Assembly (NCBI GenBank): GCA_904063045.1 | Contig: CAJFCJ010000024.1 | Location: 558,001 to 622,000 of the forward strand | From: Dimorphilus gyrociliatus | Taxonomy: Eukaryota > Animalia > Annelida | Direction of reading: 5' to 3' | DNA length: 64,000 nt | Shown: positions 1 through 11,781 of the stretch, one piece after another | Layout of the letters: every line of letters starts with the position of its first letter | Position numbering within the stretch: the first letter of the stretch is position 1 | Made by a program: the position numbers and the translations under genes | The notes under the pieces: generated by a model | What the model was told of the DNA's origin: nothing | Database searches by the model: none | What the model saw: only the letters and a program-made list of their open reading frames with translations

Positions 1-500
1 ACCTTGATTTTGTAAGTATAAATATGAATTAAAATTGAAATTTAAAATTTTTTAGCTATTCCTTTGATCATAAAGCAATTACTTTTCTAGTGCTAATTAG
101 ACGAAATGTAATAAATATCTACTGTTTTTAAAAAGAGGAAACTGGTATTGTTAATCGTTTATATTAAAAAAAAGAGAGAAAGAAGTAACAAATATTCCAG
201 ATGAAGAGAAGAATTCGGAATAAATTAACTATATAGGTGAGTATATATAATATCTTTGCGTTTAACTTACACCCTGGACAATTTTCTTCGATAATGGGTA
301 AATGGACATGTTAACTCGATAAACTAATGAAAAATGTAAATGTTACTTTTGTACGAAACGTTATTTAAACGATTTTCAATTAATAACGTACACTCTAGTA
401 ATATCTTAGAATTTAGTATAAATATATCATTGAGGGAATGGCTTTCTTTACTATGGCAGAGAATATACGATAACAGTGATGAGTAGAGCAGATAACAGAA

Positions 501-509
501 ACCGGAAGT
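501..509 (+). promoter_or_regulatory. ETS-family consensus site
   Basis: ACCGGAAGT; identical copies at 30408, 46192 and 52103. Confidence 0.4.
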
Positions 510-2173
510 TAGGGTAATGGTTCATTTTCTTAAAAAAAAGGAGAAATATTCTACTCGGCTAAAAATAGATGATCATTAGTTGTAAAGTGAAATCTTTTAA
601 ATCTAATTGGTTAATAAACAATACTTAAATATCAAAATACTTAAAGAGTGTAATTATATTTATTAAACATATCTGACCTATAATTTACTGACTGTTTTAT
701 ATTAATTACTATTATTTATAATTATTATATACAAGTCATATCGTAATGTTTAATTAAATTTATACAATGTTTTGTATATAATATTAATAGAATAAGTAAA
801 TTAATAAAGCAGTTCAACTAAACATTATAGCCTACTTGAAATTTTCTTTAATCACTAAATGACAACTATTAAAGAGAAATCTGTTTCCTGCCTGGGAAAT
901 AGAAATCAATATTCAAATTCATTAGGCCAATAGTCATCATTCGTTCATATAAACTATTAACAATCATTCCAAGTTTTATATTTTAACATTGACAATAAGC
1001 TTAATGTGTCAGTATATTTCAGTAAACGTTACCATTAAAAAACAATACACCCATTCAACTTTACTGTAAAATATTTAGCCTAAAATTTACATCACGCTTG
1101 TTCATACATTCTTTTGTTTCTTATTTGTTTCGACTTCTATCTGTATCTTTTATTCTTTTTCCCCTCACTTTGCTCTATTTTTTTTCTCTTGCAATGCCTT
1201 TTATCATTTATCTCAACGAATCTATCTGTAAATGATCTTCCTCTTATTTCATTGAAATAAGTCATTTAGACTCTTTTTATTCCAACAAACGTATATCTTC
1301 TTTGACAAATTATCCAATTTGTTATTAAGTGGAACAATTTAAAAGTATTATTATTTATTTATTCGTTGTCACTTTAATGAAACGAGATAGAAATATGTGT
1401 AGAATAGAACATCTAGGATATTTAGGTCAATATAAAAAGCAAAACTATGACAGCTTGGATCAATTAAATGAAAGGCTAGTGTACTAATGTAATTAGATTT
1501 TATATAATGAGCTAAACAAAAATATCGTAATGTTTGTTTAGTATTAAATATCGTTTATTAATTTTTTACTATTTAATTAATATTAAATAAATATTATTTA
1601 AATGGTAATTAATTAAATCATATTCTATCTTTTATTTATATCAAATTTATTAAATTTTTATGTAATATTATAAATTCACTATCGTTTAACGAAATTCTTT
1701 CGTAAACTCAACTGACCCATTTATTATTTCCCGTTCAAATTTTACGGATAACTCTCTACCCTCTAGTTTTCTAGGAAAGAATGAAATTAATTAACTAGTT
1801 TAGAAGAGTTTACTTTAAAAAGATAAAAATTATCTTCACTTTCCCTTCTTCTTCTATTTTCCCTAACTTAATTAAAATTAATTACTTAAACAGTATTATC
1901 TATCTCCTTTTCTCTTTATGTACGACGTGATAAGAAAATACAAACTATACACTATATACGCCTACAGTATATTCGTTGTACGAATATTAAATATTCAATT
2001 AGTAAAGTCTAATTTGGCAGTAATTTTAATTTCATGAAATTTCACTTCCAGTTATTGTAGTTTTCAAATTTAACAAAAACACACTAATTATTTATCGAAA
2101 GGTAAAATGGCATAAAGTTCATATACTGTAATCCTGAAACAAGAGGGAGCATCTAGAAAGATTAGCTTATATG

Positions 2174-2187
2174 GCGTCATCTAGCGG
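2174..2187 (-). promoter_or_regulatory. CTCF-like motif
   Basis: Minus strand CCGCTAGATGACGC versus consensus CCASYAGRKGGCRS. Confidence 0.45.
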
Positions 2188-2251
2188 CAATGAGAATATA
2201 ATAATTGAATATTTGTTTATTAAGTCTTTTAATCTATTATCTATAGTTATA

Positions 2252-2839
2252 CAGTCCTTACAAAAAATTAGCATAGTATTTAAGTTGTTATTCTCAGTAT
2301 AATTTCCCTTTTATTTTTAACGAAACTGTCAATTTTGTCAGCTTTTAAATAAACTGTTACACCCTTGTTGTGGCCTAACAAATTGTATTACCTAAACATA
2401 ATTGGCCTATCCAAAATTGTCTTTTTGTTTTCGTATCTTTGAGGAAGAATTTGAAAATTCAAGATTTTTTTGTTTTTTTTGATATTATGGGTCGTTTACC
2501 GGAAAGTGTTAGATAAAAATAGTAAACCATTTTTCAAGGTCTGATGCAAGTGTCAGAAAAGTCGCAAAAATTTTTAAATGTAGTCCAGCTACTGTTCAGA
2601 ACTTAAAGAACAAATTTGCGAAGTTTAGAACAGTAAAGGATTTGCCGAGGATTGGTAGACCAAAGCAAATTACAAGGAAAATGGAGTTACAGATTATTGA
2701 AACATATAGATTAAATCAAAATTGGACTGCTAGACAAATTTTACAAAATGCTGAATTGCCTATAAGCATATCAGTCTCAAGTATTAAGAAGATAATCTCC
2801 AAATACAAGCTTAATGACAGGAAAACTGTTAGAAATTAA
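2252..2839 (+). mobile_element. Truncated Tc1/mariner DNA transposon: putative left end plus frameshifted N-terminal (paired-like HTH) part of the transposase
   Basis: TA|CAGTCCTTACAAAAAATTAGC at 2250-2272 resembles a Tc1-type TIR start. ATG at 2487 gives MGRLPESV, then a 1-nt frameshift, then IVNHFSRSDASVRKVAKIFKCSPATVQNLKNKFAKFRTVKDLPRIGRPKQIT...TARQI...ISVSSIKKII (two HTH modules and the GRPR-like linker typical of Tc1 transposases). No DDE domain or right TIR seen. Confidence 0.85.
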
Positions 2840-3051
2840 AAGTTTATTATATATATATATATGTATATTTATAAATGGCACATATTAATTTCTCACATAT
2901 TTGCAGACAAAAAACGTTGATATAAGATTAAACGGTCTATATAAAAAAAGAGAAGAAAAATGCTAAAAATGAAAATGTACAGGAAAAACACGTGTACTTT
3001 AGAAGACAACAATAAAAAGAGTTTATTTCTGTTGTAAATAACATTTAAAAA

Positions 3052-3080
3052 GTTGTTGTTTTGTTGTTGTTGTTGTTGTT
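3052..3080. repeat. (TTG)n microsatellite
   Basis: Interrupted TTG run downstream of the RASEF stop. Confidence 0.9.
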
Positions 3081-3330
3081 TTTGCTTTCTTTACTTTTCT
3101 TAACAAAAAATGAAATAAGAGAATTATAGACAAATAAAAACAATATAGAAAGAGAATATTAAAGTTATCAATTTTTAAAATAAATAAACAAAAGATAATA
3201 TTTTTTCGGTACGGACTTGTGATATCATTTTTTGTCAAGTTATCTTTATCTTCTTCTTCGCATTCAAGTTTTCAATTTTTAAAAATAGTTTTTTTTAATG
3301 CCTCTTTCTTTTCTACTGTTGTTCTTATTG

Positions 3331-6300
3331 TTAGAATGAGCAACAATTTTTCTTTTGGTCTTTAACTTCACCAAGTTGCATACCTGCATTTTTTACTTGT
3401 AAATCTTCGTTTGCACATAATATCCTAAAAACAAATCAATACATTTAAGATATTTAAAATCATTTGATTTTGAAGTTTACCTTGATAATTCAGTGACAGC
3501 TTCTAAAACATTTGCGCCTGTTTTTGCACTAGTTTCCATAAATGATGCTTCTATCTCCTAATATTTATGAGAAAGTTTTGTTATCTTTTATCTTTTAATA
3601 GAAAGTATCAAGTTACCTTTGCTAATTTCCTACCATCTTCCGGAGTTACTGATAATTTGTTCATTTGTTTGACATCAGATTTGTTTGAACACAGCATTGT
3701 AGGCATTTTGTGAACTTCTTCAATTATATTTGCCCATTCTCTTACGCTTAGGAAAGAGTTTTCGAATGTACAATCATAGAGAAGTAAAACGCCATCTGCT
3801 CTTCTGAAATATGATTTTGCTACACTTCGGAATCTTTCCTGACCCGCTGTGTCCCATAGTTGTAAAACAACTAACTTATCATCTACTTCAATGACTTTTG
3901 TTTGAAAATCGACCCCTAAAGTCGAACTAAGATTGTTGACAAATTTATTTTTACATAGTCTCATAATGAAGCTGCTTTTTCCCACAGCGGCGTCACCGGC
4001 TAAGATTATTCGATACATTCTTTCCGGTTGAGCAGATGATGAAGATTTTACTAGACGCTTTAGGGAGTTTACTGCCCTTGACGAGGTAGTAACATTTGCG
4101 GGAGGTGTAACACTTTCTACTGCTGTTTCTTTTAGTTCTTCTACTTCCTCAGCTGTCCTTTCTAAAGGCATTTCAACTGGTGCCACTTCCGATTGTATGC
4201 TAACAGCTTCACTTTCTGATTCTATATCAACAACGTCTCGGAGAGTCGAATGACCGCTATCCAGATCATCTGGACCTTCCGCATCGATACTCTCATTACA
4301 TGGACTATTACCACAGTTTTGTTGCATCTGTTGTAGTTGTAGTTGTGCTTGTTGTTGAGGAATAGCAGCATTATTTTCAATTTGTTTAACTACTTTGTCA
4401 GTTACAGCTAAAGGAATGAGAGGCGGAGGAAAATAATCGCTGACGTGGGAACCTTTTCTGGCCGATACGCGGCGCTATAGAAATTCATATAAACTTTTAA
4501 GTTAAAGATAGGAAGTAAAATAACTATACTTACTGCACTTGGGCGGTGTGTCCTATTTCTCTCCAAAGTGCTCCTTAAATCATCATTGACGTCATGTAGC
4601 TTTTTATTGGCGTCACTTTTTATAAATAAATACATAAAGATTAATCGAGATATCTTGTATTTTATGAATTGCTTACTGCAGGAGGTGAATTTGTCTTGTG
4701 AGATTTTCCTGCTCCTTGATGTACTCCATTACTGAGTCCCTTTCACTAAGTTAAAGACTATTTTTAGATTCTTATTTTGACGATTAAAAACTTAATTTAT
4801 ACCTCTCTAATTCATAGCACTTTTCTTCGTATTTTTGCTTTATTTGGGTCATTTCTGACCTCAATAGAGCCAATTTTGTTTGGCAATCAGTGAGATTATT
4901 TTTCAAAAATCTGTTTTCACTTTTTAAATCTTCCATTTGTGATTTGAAATCGCCATTATCCTTCTCCTTTTTCCATTGCTCTTCAATTCTCTGTAAGCGT
5001 TTGACATTTGCTTGTAACTCAGTGATTTCGCTCTCCAGTGTAGTTTTTAATAACTCCTTCTCTTGTTCATGCTTTAAATGCTCATTCGAAATTATCCTAC
5101 TCTCTGCCTTAGAAACTTGATTTTCAATATCATCCTCTAATTGCCGCAGATGTTGTGAATGGGCATCTTTCTCCTGCTTAAAAGATCTTTCCAACCTCTC
5201 ATTTTCGCCACGACTCTGACTGATATCTTTTATAAAAGAAAGAACAATTTCCTCAAACTCTCTCAAAAGTTCTGGAAGTTGCGCTTCATGCAACTTTTGA
5301 TACATATCGCAAACTTGATCTTGACTATATGCCAATAATAAAAAACAATAAACAGTCATTAAACTCTCCACAAAATATTATATATTAAAAAAAATATGTT
5401 AATATAAGAATAAATCTAAAGAATAATCGATATTTGTGTTAAATCATTTATGAAAAGTTACTATTTTCATAATATATTTCAGTTAAACTATTGACTAATA
5501 TGTATATTTTATAAAAATAGAAATGACGTAGAAGAAACCTAGTTTTTGAAAAAATAACATTAGCTCTTTTTTTATTCATATAATATATATATATATACTG
5601 TATATATGTATTTCTGTATATATTCTGATATAGATTTTGGCAAAGAAAACAAATTGTAACGTTTTTTTTTTAATAATCAATAATTACATCCAAGTTGAAA
5701 ACTTTTGCAGATGTTGTTTGAAAATTTTCAGCTGTCGCATTTTTATCGAAAGTATATAAATGATTTACCTCTAAAACGATTTATTGTGACATAATATTGA
5801 TTAAATTCTACCCACTGTTTCGTTAAATTGTACAATATTTATTTAAACTTGGTTACTTTTGCTGATGATCTTTTTTTTTCATCTAGTTTAACAGTTTTCA
5901 TAAATTTGCATAATTTCTTAAATATTTAATAGACGTTTATTTGAGTTAGTATAATATTAAAATTTATATTAATTATTATAGTTCTTTTTTATCAATTAAA
6001 TAAATTCTTAAATGTTTATATTTTGTAAATACGAATGTTAGTGTTGCAATAATAATACGAAAAACTTACCATGTTAGCGTGGAAAAACTTTCATCCAAGT
6101 TCTCCATGAAATCGTCAGTATCCAGATCATTTTTTGAACACTGTGCTGCTGTATTTAATCCCTTTCTTTTTTCAAGGGCTTCATTCAAGTCGAAAAAGCT
6201 CTGCTGAAACTCGGATATGGATATTTTCCCATCTCCATCCTTATCCAATTCTTTGAAAACATCGCTTACTTCATCTCTTGTTAGGTTCTGACAAATACTA

Positions 6301-6383
6301 CTTAATTCCTTTTCGTCAATATAGCCAGAACCATCCAAATCGCAAGCATCGAATATCTGACCAATTCTCGTTGTGGCATCCAT
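3331..6383 (-). CDS. RASEF: RASEF / Rab45: EF-hand + coiled-coil + Rab GTPase, 7 exons, about 671 aa
   Basis: Exons (minus) 6383-6070, 5324-4803, 4745-4677, 4615-4534, 4474-3617, 3557-3481, 3424-3331; all GT-AG and phase-consistent (2016 nt). Two EF hands ([24 protein letters not shown]), long coiled coil, Rab motifs [28 protein letters not shown], and C-terminal prenylation motif CCSF. Confidence 0.95.
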
Positions 6384-7706
6384 GATTTTTCCAAATAGTT
6401 TGAATAGAGAAATATTTAACAAAATATGTAAATTAGGTTCGATCAAACTGCAGATGTTGCCAACGTTTGTACGTCATAACTTGGTCGTAGGCTTAGACTT
6501 TTTCCCAGAGTATATTGTTTACATATTGATTACGACCCGATGTATGGGGGTGCTAAAAGAGAAGGGACGGAAAGGGAAATTGATACAGCAAATGGATGGG
6601 CGGTTGATGTGTTAATGATAGCTTGATACAAATGTATTTATACAAATCATATAAAGTCGTATATTTGGTATAGCCTACTATGTAAAAACATGTGATTATT
6701 TCAAATACTATTTATAAACTAATACCAATATAATAAATGTTTTAAAATTTTACCCACTCCTCCCACCCCTTTTCCTGACAGTTTCCCATAAGTTTTAAAA
6801 TAACTGTTACACTGCTATATACATTTGCATAAATTTTTGTTTGTGCATTCGCAAATATATACTTTTTTACATTAGACCATAAAAAGCTGAAAGCTTCTTT
6901 AACTCTATTAAATTTGTGTTGTTCAGTTAGCCTATAAAATTTGTCATTAAGAATTTATCTTATTATCATTTGAATATTCTTATTTAATCGATATGCATAC
7001 AAAACATTTCAATCGAATATTCCTTATAAATATAAATTTAAGTTTATTATATCTTTTCAAAAGCAATATTTCTACTGCAAATACTTTTTTTTTACTATTT
7101 TTGCAGTGTTAGCAAAACAGTTTTATTTTCTTATTTGAAAAGTTATATACTCGATTTTCTTTGTTCTATTTACTTTTTCCTACTTAGGTTTTTAATTAAT
7201 TAGGTTAATTGGATTAAAGAGAAATTCTTCAGAAATAAAACAAAAGACAAGGCATAAAATAAAAAAAATAGAAATATTCCAGAAATTCCCATAGCTAATA
7301 AGGCGAATATGTATCTGGAGAGAAATTCAATCGTCTAAATTTAGCCCCAATTCGTTTCCATTCACATAACGACCCCTTTCATATTTTATTACTGTTCGAG
7401 GTGATAAATCGAGTAATATCGGTAAACTACAGCGCAGTCCTATAATTATCTATTATATTTTTATGTTCCAAATATTGGAAGTGTAAACAAAAGTATTACG
7501 CTTATATTTTTATAGGTCAGTCTTCGGTTCATGTTTATGAATGAAAAATTTAAACTTTAATAACAAAATTTTATATATTAAATTCATATTTAGGTTACAA
7601 AAAATATAAAAAAACTGTAATTTTAATATGGGGTTTAATGTGTTTATTACTATATTTATATTATGGAGGCGTTTTACTCTTCTTCTTCTTCTTCTCTAAT
7701 GTTTAA

Positions 7707-9761
7707 TTAGTTTACGTCAATTGAAAAAATTATGCATACATGGAACAAAATAAGGCAATGTGATTCAAGACACAGTTTTGAAACTGAATTCTTAAAATAT
7801 TGTGTTACAGTCAGGGAGATTACTTGTGATGAACTGCCAACTAAATTTGATGCTGTACACGTATAAAAACCAGCGTCTTCCAATTGAACATTTCTAATGT
7901 TTAACTTTGAAATTGTTTTATGAACATTTGATCTCATTGTTGACGACATTATTTGGGCATTTGGTAGAGTCCATTCTATATAGGGTGGTGGATCCGATAT
8001 TCCTTGGCATTCTAGCGTAACATTTCCGTTTATAACAGATTGAACGTTGGATTTATATGCCTTCACACTTGGTGACGTGCATTTAAAATGACTAATGTTA
8101 ACGAGTTCAATATAATTTGTTATTGGAGTAGAACATTGAATTGAATTGGCCATTTCTATAAATAAAACATATATTTTTTTATTATTAACCAGCTAATTTG
8201 TTTCTATATTGTGTTTGTTCTTTAATTACTTTTTAATTAAAATAAAATATTTAAAGAATTACTTACTTGTTGTTGTTTGTAGCCATTTCTTAAAATTGAT
8301 TAATTGGCAATTACAATGTAATTTATTAAACTCCATAGAAAAATATTCTAAATTCTTTAATAATTCAATTTCGTATCTATCCAAAAATCTAATATTGTTT
8401 CTGTTAATTATCAGACTTTTAAGATTAGTTAAAGGTAAAAATTGGCTTAAAGTTGATAATGACGTATTCGATATAGATAAATAGTATACAACTTTCTGTA
8501 ATTCTTTTAGATGATCGTATCTAGCATTTCCCAAATCCGGATTATCGTCCAATATCAATTTTTCAACAACTGTATCCTTTAAAAAGTAGATTGATGTTAA
8601 TCCGGACGATGTTATGTTTAAGTATTTAAAGTAGAAATTAGCAAAGATAGTCTCATAGAAAATAAGTTTTCTATTAGATAAAGACCAGTCTAACCAATTA
8701 AGAGAATTTCTTAATTGTTCAAAAACACCATATGTTCTTAAAGAAGTATTAGATATAGATAGTCTTTCAATGTAGGTCGAATAGAATGTTTGATTGGATA
8801 TTAATGAAAAATTCTTGTTATTCGACAGATTTAGGAGGATTATATGGCACGAGTCGAAGGCATTGGGATGACTAGTCGATAAGATATTATTAGTTATATT
8901 AATCGATTGTAAACTAGTTATTTTCCAAGTAAAAAGAAAGGAACAGGAAAGACAGAGAGAAAAAGGGAATCTCCCGTTTAAAAAGAGCTATATATAGATA
9001 AATTCTTACAAGATAAACTTTATCCCTAAACTTTATACCTTATTAAGGTATAGAGATAAACTTGATTAATACGTTCTATAGAAAACTATAGATCAAATAG
9101 GAGTTAATTGATTTATTAGTAGAAGGTTCTTTACGATCCGGTAAGCTGATAGGTCTGGATCAACTTGTCCAAATAATAGAAAGTGGTGTAATGATTATAT
9201 CAAATTTTTTTGCGTTTAAATATAGTTATTTGCTTAAACAGAACGTATATTATTATTCCTATTGGCCCTGATTGAATTTTTACTTTAAAATAAATAGAGA
9301 TAAAAAAAAAGAGTTTGCTAAAGATCTATTTCTTATTTCCTTTTTAAATGAATCTCTTATTAATTTAACTTTATTTGATGTTCTTTTTCTTTTTACTTGG
9401 AAAGTCCAACGAAGGTCTCTGGTAATATTTCTCTTATAAAATTAAAACTCAGATCCAAGGTAACTAAATTTTGAAGATTTTCAAAGGCGTATCTTTCCAG
9501 ATAAGAAATTCGATTATATCGTAAGTCGATAGTAGTCAATTGACGGTATCTACCGAAAAGCTTGCCACGAATTATGTAGACGTCATTTCGTTGAAAATAG
9601 AAGGCGATAATTCGATAATGCAAATCCGTCGGTATCCGAGTTAGATTCGTTCGAACACAAGCTACTGTCAGATGAAAGCAACTGCAACCAGGAGGACAGA
9701 TATATCTGGTAGTTGATACTAGGATTGAGACCATGAGAACCAAAAACCTAACGATGAGCAT
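7707..9761 (-). CDS. LRR + Ig (LIG-family) extracellular protein, 3 exons, about 486 aa
   Basis: Exons 9761-9397, 8913-8267, 8155-7707 (1461 nt, in frame). Signal peptide MLIVRFLVLMVSILVST, LRRNT CPPGCSC, LRRs (LTTIDLRYNRI, LVTLDLSFNFI), LRRCT LHCNCQL..W..QCSTP, I-set Ig (VTLECQ..W..DAGFYTCTASN), hydrophobic C-terminus. Confidence 0.9.
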
Positions 9762-11781
9762 TTTCTAAATTAACTTCTATACCATTTACTCAATGACATT
9801 CCTGCGCTCAATCTTTCTCACACTGACACACACACTCTCTATCGCTTTCAGCGCGTCCTCTTCTTTTAACAAAAATAAACCCAAGGGCGAGTGGAACCCT
9901 GTCCAAACTGGAAGGATTGAGATTAGCTTGAGAATGACCGGTGGCGCTGCGTGCGGGGGGATTTTTTTGTATTTTCTAAATCCTGCTAATACTGCTCTGT
10001 ATGAGCAAAAGGAAAAAGGAGGAGCGAAAGAGGAACGTGCTCTAGCAGGAAATACAAAGCTAAACAACGAATAACATTTACATTCCTGTATATTTCGGTT
10101 AGCTCTTCCTGATTGTTGAGAGGAAATGATACCTAATATAGCATTGATTGATATATTTCATTATTAATTAACTATATATAAACCTTATCTGCTTTTTTTG
10201 GCCTTAAAATAAATTAAGTTTATTTTCGTAGATGCACAATAAAGATACTTTTATTCATAACCCTAGCAAATCTAAGCCCCTTTAACGAGTGCCTTTTTAT
10301 TAACTTTTACGATGACATAATTCCCAGAGAGTTTTGGGAATAGCCTATAAAATCTTTCTCTCCCCCACCCCAATTCATAAAATACCCTATTTTAATCCTC
10401 TTTTTTTAAAAATAAATCCTTCTTACTTTCTGTCAATCCAGTCGAATCAGTTACATGAAAGGGAAAATTCTCTATTGAAAATTTTGGACATATTTTCTGC
10501 ATAGTGACTTTTTTTCTCTCTCGCTCTTTCTCTTTTTCTCTTTTTCTCTTGTCGTTTATGTAAATCTATATTCATTATATATATGTATATGTTTATGCCT
10601 ATTAGTGCCTCTTTATATATACAGTTCACTATGATATCTATATTTTAACACATTCATTTAATTTAAACAATAAATTTAGTTTCCGTTCTCAAGAAAAAGA
10701 AAAAATGTGTACTGTAGAAGGCCATAAACTCATCGAAACTCCTTAACATTTCTCCCATGGAGGGTTGTTCGTATAGAGGGCTTTACTGCCAAAAGAGGCC
10801 CTTTGAGAATTCGATGTAGATGCGATCATCAGATAGCTAACCAGTTCTATTTTTTATACTATAACATGAACAATAAATAAACCTCTTTAAAACTGGAGAA
10901 AAGATTCTCTAGTAAATGTCTAAGTTTCGAGCTCCTTACCCATACAAATATAATTTTAAATATCTTATTTAAATGAAAAATTAACTAATTATACTTATCA
11001 AAAGAACTTTTCAGTAGAAATATACTTACTGTAGTATATCCTCTACTTATCTATTAATCAATATAAATGGACTTTCTAAATGAAAAGAATTATCTGTTTC
11101 CTCATCAAAATCAGAATAAAGCAAATAATAGAAAGAGGAAGGTTATTCAACTTTTGTTGGCAAATAGTTTTACTATCCTGTGGTAGAGTTACATATTTTT
11201 TTTTTGTAAACAGTTCACGATCAGCCATAAAATATATTACAATGATATTAATATGCCTTTTGCAGATATGTATAAGATGCTTTCTGTGTCTATTTTATGT
11301 TCTACATATTTGAACTATAGATATACTGTATATATATACAATGTATTGTGTGTGTGACTTGAATTTCGCTTCTTTTCTTAAATAATTAATCTTGGTCTAC
11401 ATTTTTAATTAAAGTAACGAAATTCATGTTGTCTGTTGTCTCTAAGCATTTATTATTAATTACCAAGTTATTATTCTTTTTCGTTATTCATAGCTTTCTT
11501 TCTTTTGTTAGTTTAAATTATATTTTTAATATTATCCTGTAAATATATAAATTAAATCGAAAAGAGGAGACGATTGATAAAGATTATAGCAACAATTGCA
11601 TACATATATTATTAAAAAGTAAAGGAGAAACAATAATTTTTAATACAGAAACGCCATCTGTATGTCATTTATAGTGTCCCATCAATTCTAGAGAACTTGT
11701 TAAAGACAAGCAACAAAGAATGCTACGCTTTAATTTATTATTATATATATTTATAGATATTTAAGAAAGTGAAAGAAGTCA

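Noticed and set aside
3023-3238. 71-aa minus-strand ORF
   Set aside because: Low-complexity translation of the RASEF 3' flank and the TTG microsatellite.
4890-5120. 76-aa plus-strand ORF
   Set aside because: Antisense shadow of the RASEF coiled-coil exon.
9786-10074. Two overlapping 93-aa ORFs on opposite strands
   Set aside because: No domain signal; they lie in the upstream regulatory or UTR region of the LRR-Ig gene.
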